The translations under genes were made by a program, and so were the position numbers. A DNA stretch of 59,417 bases, the filler included, from Sphacelaria rigidula (lineage: Eukaryota), in assembly GCA_964200075.2 (NCBI GenBank). It is 10 parts of 10 records of this genome, joined end to end, with 100 filler letters (N's around TTAATTAATTAA, not from the genome) between each part and the next. Parts side by side here need not be neighbours in the genome. Positions count along the whole stretch, not along the records: positions 1 to 5,852 come from CAXNAA020023968.1; positions 5,953 to 11,804 come from CAXNAA020023969.1; positions 11,905 to 17,756 come from CAXNAA020023970.1; 7 more parts are not named here. One strand, 5' to 3'. This document shows, one piece after another, positions 1 to 12,441 of this stretch. The notes beneath the pieces are model-generated. The model had not been told where the DNA came from and did no database searches. It saw only the letters and a program-made list of their open reading frames with translations. Each line of letters starts with the position of its first letter. Position 1 is the stretch's first letter.

Positions 1-181
1 TCCTTTTTTTTTTTTTTTTCTTTCCCCCCAAAATCTTAAAAATTTCCACCACATTTTCCTCACCCCCCCCCCCCCCCCCCCCCCCCCGATGAAAGTAGTA
101 CCCAGATTGAAGTCGCGTTTCGACGAAGCTCCTTGTTGAATGGATATTATATCGTAGCTCATATCATTTATTGCCCCGCAC

Positions 182-566
182 TATAGCCTCTGCCAGACGA
201 TCTGGACAAGAGGGTTATCAACGAGGGACTCCTCCAGAATCATCACTGGCCTCACTCCTCCAGTATCACTGGCCTCGTGCTCGACAAGTCATTGATATTA
301 TAGCCTCTGCCACACAATCCGGAGAAGAGGACTATCAATAACGAGGGACTCCTTCAGTATCACTGCCCTCGTGCTCGACAAGTCCTTTCCCCTAACTTGT
401 TATTATCAAGGAGTGATCCTCAACAGACCACATCATCACGAGCCAGACAGCAAGGAGCCACACAGATACGGGTCATCAATCCAGGATCCCCTGTCCCCTG
501 CCCACTGCTGCGACAATCATGCATGCGATCATACTGAAACCTACGGCTTGGGATCATTTGGTTACA
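182..566 (-). repeat. LTR-like interspersed repeat: full copy 299-566 plus partial tandem copy 182-288
   Basis: Reverse complement aligns with 15897-16152 (e.g. CAGGATCCCCTGTCCCCTGCC, CTCCTTCAGTATCACTG). Termini read TGTAACC...GGCTATA on the minus strand. Confidence 0.6.
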
Positions 567-1147
567 GCATATATGTGTTACGTGAGGCTGATCAACCTGT
601 TACAGTACCTGTAAACGAGGCGAATGACGTGTTGAAATATAATTGACTATCGTGGCTTGTGTGTAAAATACACGGTGTTCAACTGTCAGTAGACAGGAAC
701 AATCGGCTCAACTTGTGAACCCAGCTCTAACAGGAGAGCTCGCAGAGGCTGCACAGTGTTGGTGAAACACTTTTTGGTGCGAGAGAGAGGATGTTTAAAC
801 TTGCCGCTTCACCTGGGCATTACTCAAATTAAAAAACATAAAACACTTGGTTCTTTATTAACGCAGAAACCAATAACAAGCTGATAGGCTTGCTTGAGGT
901 GGGTCGCTTTGGAGAGAAAATAGCGTGGAGCTATTTCACGTAAAACTCTTGGACACCATTAAACTGTCCACCCAAACTGTTGAATGCACAGGACGCATCA
1001 CAGCGTTCCGCTGCCCCGTGAAAAGTTCATCGCTGCTGGCAATGCTGTGCAGTGTGTCTACGCACAAACGCTGCCCTTCGCATGCAGCTGCGGGCGACGT
1101 TCTGCCGGGAAAGAAGGACTTCATGATGTGGGGCGGGGAATCATGTG

Positions 1148-1212
1148 TGGGGCGGGGAATCGACCCCACGACTTCGTGAGCATGAGGGGATCACCCATCC
1201 ACTGAGCTACAC
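1148..1212 (-). mobile_element. tRNA-derived relic (SINE head or tRNA pseudogene)
   Basis: Minus strand GTGTAGCTCAGTGG (A box) ... CTCATGC ... GGGTCGATTCCCC (B-box-like). Stems do not form a proper cloverleaf. Confidence 0.5.
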
Positions 1213-1344
1213 ATGATAATGGTTATGGGTAAAGCGAACTCTTCACACTTCCAATGTACATCGCGCGAGTTTATATACATGGTGCAGTAGCTACTTTGGA
1301 CGCCAGCCTATATATAGGCCTCCACTCCATCTGCGATCGCCGAA

Positions 1345-1710
1345 GGAGCAAAAAATGCGGAAGATGCAGAAATCCGTTTTTTCGCGCAGGGAAACGGCCG
1401 CGAAAAAAACAGCAGGAAAACATCAACATGTCGCAGGATTTCAGAGAATACAGCAGATTTTATGGATGATAAAGCATAATTAGGATTGCAAGCATGCCTG
1501 GCGCAAATTTCTGACAGGACAGCGCAGGTTTTCGATTTATAGGCCTCTGTTTCACCTACGATGACAGGAAAAGAATAACATGCAGAAAACGCCGGATTCC
1601 GTTTTTTTGGCGCGGAGACACGGCCGCGAAAAAGAAAGAGCAGGAAAAGCGGGATGTGTTGCAGAATAACAGAAAATACTGCATATTTTAGAAATAATAT
1701 TAGGCCCGGA
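1345..1710. repeat. Diverged tandem duplication, unit about 225 bp
   Basis: TCCGTTTTTT(C/TG)GCGC...ACGGCCGCGAAAAA...GCAGGAAAA occurs at about 1370 and about 1598. Confidence 0.6.
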
Positions 1711-1801
1711 ACACAACATGAGGGGCGGAAAAAAAGGGAGGGGGGCGCAGATTGCAGAAGAAGGGTGAAAAAAACGGGGGGGGGGGGGTAGAGCGCAAGG
1801 A

Positions 1802-2052
1802 ATACTTTCTACGATAGCTCCCCCACAAAGAGTCAATGGTTTGAGGGGTCAAAATCTACACGTAAATCGGTATGAAAAACGCCGGGCACAACGAGCGGCT
1901 AGGAATTTCAAAGCTTGTGGTTGTTCTCGTCCTTGTCGCCCATATGTGGCGCGTCGTATAGCCTGGCACCGAAGATCAGGCGCTGTATGGCTTTTTATTT
2001 CGTGACAGTTTTGGGCTGGTTTTTTGGGGGAGGGGGCTATCGTAGAAAGTGT
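1802..2052. mobile_element. MITE with about 17-bp TIRs
   Basis: ATACTTTCTACGATAGC at 1802 versus GCTATCGTAGAAAGTGT ending at 2052. The right half recurs at 11905-12000. Confidence 0.65.
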
Positions 2053-4380
2053 CAGGAAATGCACAGGAAAGGAAAAGAACACAGGGGCAGGAAAAGGGGA
2101 AGGGGCAGCAGAAAACAGAAAAAAACGCACTGATACATCGGGGAAAACGCGGAAAATGCGCAGAAGTGCAAAAAACAAAAAGTGGAAACAAATCCCTAAA
2201 AAGCACAGAAAAGGGCAAAAAAAAGAGCACATGGAGTGGAGGCCTACGCCAGGCTTTACGTTTCTCAGTATGAAGCTTTTTTTGCGTTCAGGATGAAAAC
2301 GTGGAGGATTGAAATCTTCGCAGCCACGCCACTTCTTCGATACATGGTTCCATTAATTCACCTGCTGGTAGGTCAGGACAGCCACTACACGTCATGCTGA
2401 TTTCAATTCCGATTACCGAAAGTTTGGAGTCCTACCTAAGAAAAAACATGTTAGAGATTTACGTCATCTGGCCGGAGCCAATAAATCCCCAACATTGCGT
2501 TTTCACCAATGACACCCAAATTTAGGTCACCGGACTTCAAATATGCATGGCGTGTAGTGGCTGCTAACAGCTACCAGCAGATGAAGGAATTGAACCATAT
2601 CTCGAAGAATTGGAGTGGATGCCAAGATTGTTAATCCTCCGGGTTTTCATACTCAACGCCAAAGCTTGACCCTCAAAATGAGCATATACTCGGATAAGTT
2701 TTGCACGCGGCGGGCCCCTAGCTGTGCCCGTGCTCATGTTTCTCGTGTCAAAGCTTCGTGTCAACTCGTAGTTGCCATTTTTTGTGTTTGACACCCAATT
2801 TCTTCTCCATGGGGATGGTTTGTGCGATGTGCCGAAACGTCCGTGATTCGAAGTTTACAGTGAAGGAGTATATGGCCGTTTGTCCGCCCCAATGAGACCC
2901 TGGGAAGCCAGGGAGCGCTTATGACGCAACTGCTTACAAATCGGGTATGTGTATATGGCTTAAAGGATGAGTAGTTTGAATCTTTATAGGTATGTGTAAA
3001 AATAGTATCGAAACACTAAAATGCACGTGCCGGCACGATGTGTGGCACGATAAAATACCCAGCAAGAACCTTTTTCGACATCGCCAAACCCAACTTGCAC
3101 TGCGAACATTTACGACCTCTGATTGCTAACAGAATGCGGAACAGGCCCCCACATTGCGGAATGCCCTCCACCTGTGAAATATTGCCAGATCAACATGGAT
3201 GGGTTTTCACTGTGATCCACTCCGCACATTACCGTCCGATATCAGATGTGACTTTGTCACTCTATGGTATTTCGATGCAGACCAATGAATCTTCGCTCAG
3301 GTCGTTTCCGATAAGTAATCCACCTGCAGTGTGTAACTCCTCCTCCATATATGCTTGCTTGGGTGGTCTTTTTTGTTCGTTCATGCCGTTACATTTGTCG
3401 TCCACGAAATGGCGTCTTTTCTCACTCCAAATCGGTGAAAATTGCAACATTCATCAGCATAGTAAGCTATTCGACGCGTGGTTCCGGTGTAAAAAAATAT
3501 CTTAAAAATGTACCTCGCATCGCAGAACGTACCTCCGAACAAAAGAATTCTTTTCGAATGACGCACATCCGGGGTTTATCTCCGCGGTATTTCCGGGCTG
3601 CTATCGGCCGTAACCTATGACCTACGTGAATTTCAGGGGACGCTTGCATATATCGACGCAGATCCTCTCTGTTGCTCTTGTGACGTCCAAGAAATGATGT
3701 ACACGCTAATTTTCGGTTACAATATGATGCACAGAAACAAGTACGAACAACTACATTGTGAGCCCCGGAAAGGATAACAAGGTTCATCTCGGGATCACTT
3801 TCTGACGTTTGTAGGACGCGCCCCATGGTATTCATCAGGAACGGTACTGCACGGTGGGCTATTTAGTCTTCACGTATCGCCCCCTCTTACTCATCTGTTG
3901 GGGGCCAGCCACAATGCCAACACGTGGTGAAATCAGACCGGAGAGTGGCCATCCCGCATCGTGTTCATCGATACAGGAGCAGGCTGTATCTACCTCATGA
4001 ACGATCGTGAACGGCAACATTTCACGAGCGTCGGCGTGTTCATCGAAGAGTCCGCCGTCCATCGCGGTAATGGACTCACTTTTACTTTATCCGGCGAGTG
4101 TTTCTTGTCGCCACCGACGGCTGCATTCTGTACCGCGCACCTCCGAATCGGGCGAAAGAGGTCGTGTAAGGGTCCGACTGACGCCCTTAGCCGAGTGTGG
4201 GGAGAACGGGGGTCCGACTCCAGATGAGTTGGGCTTTCTCATCGTAGTGTCTGATTTCCACTGTGGAAAGTGCGAGAATGTGAGTAAACATTGTACTCAA
4301 CTAAGTTTGTTTGTCGTGAGTTGACGCGGTGCGGGAGTGCTGATCCAATCCGCGAGACCAAAATGCAAGACGTGTACAGG

Positions 4381-4490
4381 CGTGGGGGCGTCATCATTTC
4401 TTGCTTGCCTTAGTCGTTTGACCATGACCACGCATCCCTTCCGAGACGAAGCACCGTTCCTATTTCGAAGAGAGACACTACCAACATTGA
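4381..4490 (-). mobile_element. 5'-truncated 3' end of the LINE family (type A tail)
   Basis: Reverse complement matches 31250-31350 (GGGATGCGTGGTCA.TGGTCAAACGACTAAGGCAAGCAA) and ends in a C-run. Confidence 0.75.
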
Positions 4491-5654
4491 TGTGCGTACA
4501 GGGGAGAGATTTATTGAGCCCTTGAAGCCACGGTCTAGTCCCGCGGAGGAGGAGGGGGTTCAAAGCGTGATAAATAAAACAAAACAGGAAAAAAATCATA
4601 CGTCGAGGTGCCGTTTGTAAAACTCCACTGTTAAGGTATCCTGCTCAGGACAGGCATAATCCCGCAGCGAGAATAACTGCGATTGTGGTCAATGCAGAGG
4701 TGCGCTCAGTAGTAACAACTTGCAAAAATCTGCGCAACAAACGTTGATCAGAAGTAGAATATAAAAAGAAACACAACGGCGCTAACATGCGCGAGAACGG
4801 CATGCCGTTGAGATATTCGAAGTGTCGTCTTTTGAAGTATGGCGAAAAGGCGATCTTTGATCTTATTTACAGGGGGGGAACGGTTCCGTAGAATCCCCTC
4901 CTTTTCACACATGGATTACACATCTCGTCAACGGGACGCACTTTGAGTTATCCCGTATCAAACAAACACGCCGCTGTTGCAACACCACTTCCGATGGGTG
5001 GGATAATGCGCGGACATCGTGGAAATGTCATGTTAACACCTCGAATGGTGGAGGTAAAGAACGCTGGCCCGTCTCCATATCTCGCCACCGGATAACAGGG
5101 CTGGAATCCAATCTCCGCACAGTTTGAGGCGATCATGGCATGATTCGATTCCAGTGCGCGGAGAGGAAAAGCTTCCTCGGTAGGCGTTAGAAAGCTCGGG
5201 AGATTTCCCTCGTGACGATCGTAATCTCCTGTGTGTAACGTGAAGCAAAACCCATGTGCCAGCATGGTTTTACCCGCTTGCTGTTCAACCTTTTCATTGA
5301 AGCGATGCACGTGCCATGAAGACGAGTGACAAACTCACTACACAGCCATTCTCGAGTATCGAAACGGATGATACACAACCCCCCCGGACAGTACTAAATA
5401 GGGCTTGTGGAGACGCTCTCTCGCCCTATTTGGGGGTTGGAGTTTCCGGGGACAGGTCTTCTGCCGCAACTTCATTGTGGAATCATTCATTGATCATCTC
5501 ACATTAGTTGATTGTAACAATCCAGCCCGTGGCCATAAGCAAATAAGATTATCAGAGAAAGAAGAAGGATAAAGGAAACAGGGAAGAACAGATAGAAGCA
5601 GAAAGCAGGAGCCACAGAAGCAAGAGAAGGAACAATAGCAACAGTGACAGCGAC

Positions 5655-5699
5655 AGCAACAACAACAGCAACAGCAACAACAACAACAACAGCAACAGC

Positions 5700-5751
<52 letters not shown>

Positions 5752-5768
5752 ATAACAACAACAACAAT

Positions 5769-5851
<83 letters not shown>

Positions 5852-5852
5852 C
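5655..5852. repeat. (CAA)n microsatellite running into the contig end
   Basis: About 200 bp of near-perfect CAA repeats. Confidence 0.95.
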
Positions 5853-5952
5853 NNNNNNNNNNNNNNNNNNNNNNNNNNNNNNNNNNNNNNNNNNNNTTAA
5901 TTAATTAANNNNNNNNNNNNNNNNNNNNNNNNNNNNNNNNNNNNNNNNNNNN
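5853..5952. other. Artificial contig-joining spacer, first of nine (others: 11805-11904, 17757-17856, 23709-23808, 29661-29760, 35613-35712, 41565-41664, 47516-47615, 53467-53566)
   Basis: Identical 100-bp N44-TTAATTAATTAA-N44 blocks (stops in all six frames) spaced 5952 or 5951 bp apart. 7x5852 + 3x5851 + 9x100 = 59417, the window length. Confidence 0.98.
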
Positions 5953-6130
5953 GCTCACCCTTCATGCGACTCGCCGAACACACCACGACGCTTGGCGCTT
6001 GGTGATTGATTGCGAGCCTGGCCCCGCGAAAACCCGGTGTGCTCTGTCCTGGCTTTGTAGGGATGCGAGGTCAACGGTATTACAAGTGCGACATGCAAGA
6101 TCATGAGTACCCCCCCCCCCCTCCCCCCCC
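5953..6130 (+). mobile_element. Retroposon 3' end (type B tail) with poly(C) run
   Basis: Homologous to 13470-13590 (+), 47667-47850 (-) and 53430-53466 (-). Shares GGGATGCG.GGTCAA and ATGAGTAC-Cn with the LINE 3' end. Confidence 0.7.
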
Positions 6131-6160
6131 TCACCGTCTCCCGCTCCTTCTTGGAACAAG

Positions 6161-6485
6161 ACATGTTGGTGCAAACGCGGAAGAGCCTCTACCTCCGCCA
6201 GTGCATCCCTCTGTTCCAACAGCAACACCACCGCCAGGTGTACACCACGGTCCCGGAAAAGTATCCTCGACGGCAGTGATTGCTGGAACGGCGACCTCGG
6301 AAATGGTGGAGTGGATCGATATTGACGACAGCGCTCTAGAGCATGACGCACAGAAAACGGCGGACGTGGTTTCGGCTGTGAACCGGCGGCAGGAATTCCA
6401 GAAGGGCGCTGTTAGGCTGCTGCAGGTCGTGATGGGGGCTAGCGCGCCGTATCGCTACGCGGTGGTGTTGCATTTTTGGACTACG
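6161..6485 (+). CDS. BRAP: BRAP2/IMP-like E3 ubiquitin ligase, internal exon (BRAP2 domain, first part); gene is 5'-partial
   Basis: Pyrimidine tract + AG acceptor at 6160; GTGAGG donor at 6486. Encodes AVRLLQVVMGASAPYRYAVVLHF, resembling BRAP2-domain I..MKIIRD..PN.YMVLIKF. Confidence 0.75.
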
Positions 6486-6706
6486 GTGAGGGAGGACTGC
6501 GTTTCGGCGCAGGGTAGTAGGGGGGCGGGCCTGCCGTCTTGCCTTGTCACATTCGTCCTTTTGTCAACACATTGTGCGGTGCTACGCTCTGGCGACAAGC
6601 TTGAGGGTTTTGATATGTGAAGCAGTCTAAATTACGCGACCTCCGCTTGTATTCGTTAACGGCGTTCACGTGCTTTGTGGACTGAACACCGCCCTGCCTG
6701 CTCCAG

Positions 6707-6844
6707 GCCGATGCGGTCGCGTTTATGCACAGGTTTCATGGGCTCCCGCTACCGGAGGGAATAGTCCTGAAGCCCATGTTCCTGGGCGAGGTGACCGTAG
6801 TGACTGGTCGTGCGCCAGCAGGTGCGGATGGCGAGGGTTCACAG
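6707..6844 (+). CDS. BRAP: BRAP2-like E3 ligase exon (BRAP2 domain, second part)
   Basis: CTCCAG acceptor, phase 0. Encodes ADAVAFMHRFHGLPL (compare ADAD.FY...NG..F). Donor uncertain (after 6790, 6821 or 6844). Confidence 0.65.
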
Positions 6845-7699
6845 GTGAAAGTCAGAGGCAAGAAGGCATGACAACGTTTGCACGTAGTCTTACGTGAAGC
6901 CGAAATATCTCTCGTGATGATGCTCCGGGTTTGATCATTTTTATTTCGTCATACTTGTCTCTTCAGCAAGTGTTTCAGATTTGTTGTGTCTCGGGTATGT
7001 CTATCATGTGACCACTCCTGGATCCCTGGGGGGTCAGTTAAAGTGCGGCAATCAATCACAATTGTAGCCCCTGCTCTTCCTCGAGAGGTGTCCGTGGTCT
7101 TGAGTCTCAAAGGATTGACCTATCTCTTCACCGGTGCCTTACCTTTGCAACATATTATCGAACATTGGATGATGACTACCAGCACTTGTGCAGCTCGTGG
7201 GCTTCTATCGATGTTTTTTCGCCAGCTCACGTTCTCACACTCTTCGCCATGGACAACCAGTCATGCGAGCCATTGTTACTATAGGGATTCGAACCAACTA
7301 ATCGGCCCAAAGTGACCGACAAGGTATCATCTTGCCGCTGGGGCACGGTGGTATGCAGTGAACCCCCCCCCCCCCCGTCCCACACAGTCATCGGAGACTC
7401 TTAGCGTTCATGGGTGCATTCATACGGCGTGGGGGCGTGTCTCGAGTGTACGAGCTGGGCCGGCTGACAGTGATTTTTTCATGTTTCCGGGCCCCGCTTT
7501 ATGTAATTCGAGAAGTTGGGCGCTGAAGTTTTGACACCGCATTTTTATCATCAATGCACACAACCTTCCGGGGGATGCAACGAAAAAAAGAAGAGAAGTT
7601 AGAGCGATTTAAAGTTTCTGCAAAAACTGGGAAATGTAATCACTCTGTGAAGATGAAGGAATACGTCGGCATCCCTCGGGTTGTTGTGCGTACTTGTGT

Positions 7700-7835
7700 G
7701 CAGGAGATCCTGGTGCAATTTCGACCAAAAATACCTCAAATTGGGCTCAGCAGGGTACTTTTTGTGTGACACCTCTGCGCCCCTTAGATCCAAGTGATAG
7801 AGAGTTATGGAGGTCACGAGTTCGAATCTCGACGG
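7700..7835 (+). repeat. Interspersed repeat with a tRNA-like segment, inside a BRAP intron
   Basis: ATACCTCAAATTGGGC...TGTGACAC...TCCAAGTGATA...AGTTATGGAGGTCA.GAGTTCGAATC recurs on the minus strand at 23809-23930. Confidence 0.65.
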
Positions 7836-8270
7836 ATTCCCTTTTTTTGTTCCATCGGTAAGGTAGTACATCCTGTAGTACATTTTCTTACAATTTTTTC
7901 TTCATTCAGGGGCGGTGCCGTGCGTTAACAGGTTGGTCTGCAGATCACATCGATATACTCAAGTCGGGGTGATTTGGTAAAACTTGATAAGTTATGGTGT
8001 GATATGCACGTGCGGGATTTACTGCTGGCCCAGCTCGTACTACACCAACGTCGGGACGGTCTCTTTGACGGATACTACCTGATTCATTGTCTTTTTGTTT
8101 TTGCGCGAATGGCATGGGACTGGATGATGTTGGTGATATCTTGAACAGGATATGTGCGCGCAGGCGCTGGCGCTAGCACTGTATCCCCGATGCTACTACT
8201 GCTTTCCATATGCTTCCGAACCACCGCACGCTCTGAACTTGTCTCTTGAAATAACCCACTGGGTCATTAG

Positions 8271-9512
8271 GCTTCATTCCGCTGGCAGCGGAGGCGATCC
8301 CTGAGCGAAGGCGTTAACCTCGCGGCGGCCGGCAACACGGACGTCGACCGAACTTCACCCAACAGAGGAGGGGCCGAGGAATCAAAATCCGCGTGGCCGG
8401 ATCTCACGCACAGACCCCGTGCCCGGGCAAGACCTCCAGCAGAAAACTCGATCGAAGGGCAAGAAGGTCACCGTTATCCGGCGATAACGACGTCTCCACT
8501 TCCACCGTCACCGCCGTCACGGCAAACGTCAGAAGAGGAAGCAAAGTGCGTGGACAACACCGCTCCATCCGGGGATGTCCCACCAAATTTTAGCGGCAGC
8601 GATGACAGTAGCAGTAGCGGCGGCGCCGAGGGGGCAGGAGAGTGTGAACGCAAGGGCATTGACGGGGACGACGCGGGAACAGGCGGCCGTCCTTCCCGAG
8701 TCGAGGCGGTGTCCCTCCCGATGCCTCTTCCCCGGGAGTCCTCCGCGGTATTGTCGCTGTCGGGGGGGGGGGCGTCCACTGGGCCCGGGAAGCGCAGGCT
8801 GCGTCCATGGACGGCGGCACAATGGGGAGAAGAGGGCGACGCGGGAGGACAAAATAGCGTCAAAATTGCAGGCGGCGGAAGCGGCGGTGCGGGAATAAGC
8901 GGCGGCGGGTTGGGAGAGCGACAGCGTGGCATCGAGTTGCCTCCGTGTCCTGTGTGCTTCGATCGCCTCGACCCCTCAGTTTCGGGGGTGCCGACGTTCC
9001 GGAGACGTGTCCGCGCTGGTGGGCCGGCGGCAACGGCGGCAGCGGCGGGCTCGGGGACTGCGCGGACCTTGGGGAACGGTCTTCGTGACCTTGGCGAGCG
9101 GTGTCGCCATCGTGCTTGCCGCGGCAAGGACAATGGGAATGGTGGTGGTGGAATTGCGGAGACTAGCGGGGTGTCTACGCAGACCGAACGGGGCGCGGAT
9201 AACGCGACAGCCCGAGGCGCCACCGACGGCACTGCTTTGTCGAGGACTGCAGGGGAGGGAATGGGGTCGGGGAGTATCGATGTTGAGATGGGGGCACTTG
9301 ACGTGCGGGGTGGCGAGTCCTTGAATGCATCCATGTCCGGGGAAGGAGCCTCAGCCCCTTGGTGTGGATCGGGGCGGGATGGGCGGGTGGGTGCGAGAGG
9401 GGGTGATGGCGACGGGGCGGGGATGGCATTGTACAACGAGTTCATGTGGAGGGGGTCTAACTGCCGCGTGTGTCGTTCCTTGAATGTGGCGCTTGAGGGG
9501 GCTCTTGAAGTG
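8271..9512 (+). CDS. BRAP: BRAP2-like E3 ligase, large exon containing an expanded RING region
   Basis: Frame open from 8271 (acceptor at 8270, alternative 8288). ELPPCPVCFDRLDPSVSGV and WRGSNCRVCR match the two ends of the BRAP2 RING. GTGAGC donor at 9513, phase 0. Confidence 0.8.
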
Positions 9513-10565
9513 GTGAGCACTAGAGATGGGGTAGACAGTGGGAGCAGATGATAGGCCAAACTTTTCCGTGGGTTTGGAAAATGTAGAGGTCATTTGTGGT
9601 TGAAAATCCCGCCCCATTTATGTTCATGTAGGCGAACGTGGTTTCGGCTTGGCACAGCGGTATGGACGTGAAATATCTGTGGCGACTCGAGGAGAGCAAA
9701 GGTCAGCCGAGACGATGAACTCGCAGCTGTCCTCGACGGACAGTTGACGTCGTCATGGCGCCGGAAGTAGGGAGGACAGGAAGTGACCCCGTGTTTTTTT
9801 TTGGATGCCAAGTTGCGAGTAGAAATATGTGCGTCTCGCGTGGTTGTACCAGCGTGTTGATGCTGCGTCTGGGACATGCAGTCAAGACATCCGCTCAAGC
9901 CGCTCGTAGTACCGTCAGATAGAGCGAACAGCCGTTTGCGAAGTATCAAGTTTTTAGAGCGGTGGAGTGCCCAGCCGCAAGCACGCGATGTATTGGTCGC
10001 CATGTTTCACGCAGTTAATGCCCCGACGCGAAAACCCAGTGGTCACCAAACCGGTTACCTAACCGGTTCACCAGTAACAAGCACATCTTTCATATCTATA
10101 TCCACACCTATATATCTTTTTCGTTAAACTCTTTAGCTCTCGCCTCTCTCCGGATGAATTCGTAGTCTAAAGGGACTACCCCATCCATCTCTCCAGGAGG
10201 GGTGGGTGCCTTCCTGACATTCTGTTGTCGAGGATTGGAGGATGACATCATTAGCACTCCCGCAATCCGTCGACTGTATGTCGGGAGTCGCACCCGCGAT
10301 CTTCCCCCTGAGTGGCCGTTCGTGTACCACCAGGCAGACACGCGGCGGTGCTTCGTGTGGGCATCCTTCCCCAAGACTACCTACCGTATACCTCTTGTTG
10401 TTGAGATTTCTGCCTCGGTAAGGGTCAGTTGTACACGCAGCACAAGGTGTTGCCCCTGGAGCCGCGAGGTAGACGTTTTGAAACGTTACGAGAACAGGCG
10501 TTGAGATCACACGAACGCGTTCTCTGTGTCCCCCTGTCGCTGTTTTGTCCATGCGCGCGGAGCAG

Positions 10566-10696
10566 GAGCTGCACTGCAAGACCTGTCATCTCGCGCACAA
10601 TCTGTGGATCTGCATGGTGTGCGGCCATATTGGCTGTGGCCGATACACCGAGGAACACGCAAACCGGCACTTCCACCTCTTCCGCCACAGCTACAG
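10566..10696 (+). CDS. BRAP: BRAP2-like E3 ligase exon, ZnF-UBP domain
   Basis: ELHCKTCHLAHNLWICMVCGHIGCGRYTEEHANRHFHLFRHSY is a clear ZnF-UBP signature. CAG acceptor and GTATGT donor, phases consistent with neighbours. Confidence 0.92.
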
Positions 10697-11221
10697 GTAT
10701 GTACCGTACTCGGTTTTCACCAGGGGGTGTATATCATGGCGCCTCCTACTACAGCGTGGCATGCTACACGTCGAGTGTAAGCAGTTCTTATCAATTGCAT
10801 GCCCACGTTCGATGCTGTCGATGGCAGAACTTTCCCTCCATGAGTTCCTCCATGAACAAATAGCTGGTAGCACGCAGTTCAGGGTAGGTCAACAATGTAC
10901 TTTGCTATCAATGTTGAGGTCAGTTACTGATTCCATGGTCCAAGGAAAGCGGGCCGTCTGCCCGCTGCGAGGACAACTTTGCTTGCAAGCCAAAGCGAAA
11001 GGAATCCACCATCAGACCTAGAGAGACCTCCTCGGCCATTGTGAACTAGGGTGCCTAGCAAGGTTGTCAAGTCACGACACATGGAGCTCTGCATACAGAG
11101 ACCATTCTCCATAGAGCACCTGCGCATGTATCAAAACCTGCGCAAGAAAAGGAGTTCATTCTCCCCACCCCCATCTCTGCCTTCACTGGCGTATACGTCA
11201 TCATCCACCGCTGGTCGGCAG

Positions 11222-11435
11222 CCTGGAGCTCAGCACTGGACGCATCTGGGACTACGTTGGCGATTGCTACGCCCATCGCGCCTTGAGGGGACACCGCGCT
11301 CCTCATGCGGGCGGACGGTATCGCATAGGAGAAGGGGAGCGGTGCGGCAGGACTCGTAGTGCTGAGTCGCCGGGGGCAGGTGGAGCTGGCGGAGGAGGAG
11401 GCGGGCGAGAGGCGATCCCTCCCTTGTATTCAGAG
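11222..11435 (+). CDS. BRAP: BRAP2-like E3 ligase exon, end of ZnF-UBP; gene is 3'-partial
   Basis: Phase-2 join gives SLELSTGRIWDYVGDCYAHRAL (compare RVWDY.GDNYVHRL). The 3' boundary (GTACAT at 11436) is tentative. Confidence 0.8.
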
Positions 11436-12441
11436 GTACATATGGCCGCCGCGCCCCGGGGGTCAAAGTGGTATGCCATCGGCCGGTTTGGGCGGAGTAG
11501 TAGTAGTGGGGATCGAGTCCCGATAGTGATAGTTTATTCGTTGGCTTTCCGTCGTGAGAAGCTTGAGAGAACGCGAGCGAACATAAAGTCGGCGAAAGTG
11601 CATGAGCTGCGGGAGTAGTCATCATCCATTGTCCAGTGTTCGATGACAAGTTGTCGGACAGGTATCGGGGGGGGGAAGCGCTGAACCCTTCGGACTACGC
11701 ACTCGTCCCGAGGTAGACCGCGGGGTAAGACATATGATGAAAGGGGGGGGGGGGGGGGTTTTTTCTTTTTCTTTCATGCCTTAGTTTGGAGGATGTTGGT
11801 GTGGNNNNNNNNNNNNNNNNNNNNNNNNNNNNNNNNNNNNNNNNNNNNTTAATTAATTAANNNNNNNNNNNNNNNNNNNNNNNNNNNNNNNNNNNNNNNN
11901 NNNNCTTCATGCAGCCTGAACCCGAACATCAGACGCTTAATGGCCATTTTTTTCGTGACACTTTTAGCTGGTTTTTGGGGGGGGCTATCGTAGAAAGTGT
12001 CTATAGTCTGAAACACCGCCCGGCTGTACATGATTCGCAACGTGGGATACCACCCTGGTAACCGTCAGCGTATAAGGAATGAAGAATGCCCAACGAAATG
12101 CAAATGTAAATTTCTCCCGCCGCGGCGTCCCTATGTTCGCTGTTGCAACCTCGCCATCGATGTACTGACGCAACCCAAAGCATTTGCCAGCACGGTCGAA
12201 ATGATGACTGGCTAGTACGGTAGAGTACAGTGCCGCTACACAGCCAGTACTCTCGTAAGTACACAAGCACGTATTGTCTTCACATCAGCCCTGTTGTGCA
12301 GACCCGCGTCCGAACGATAAAGCCGAGGGCAGCGAAATCTCCTCGCTCTTGTGCAGCTGACGCACAGGCGGGCCGTGGATGGACATTGCTCAAGTACGCG
12401 TGCTGACTGAGAAAAAGGAAGATTAAGGTCTTCTTGGGGTA

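Noticed and set aside
925..1070. PLPREKF, resembling a Copia RNase H C-terminus
   Set aside because: Match is too short and the upstream ADxxTK/HID motifs are not recoverable.
5552..5904. Poly-Leu and poly-Thr ORFs
   Set aside because: Translations of the (CAA)n microsatellite.
8474..9559. 361-aa Pro-rich minus-strand ORF
   Set aside because: Antisense shadow of the GC-rich BRAP exon; the conserved motifs are on the plus strand.
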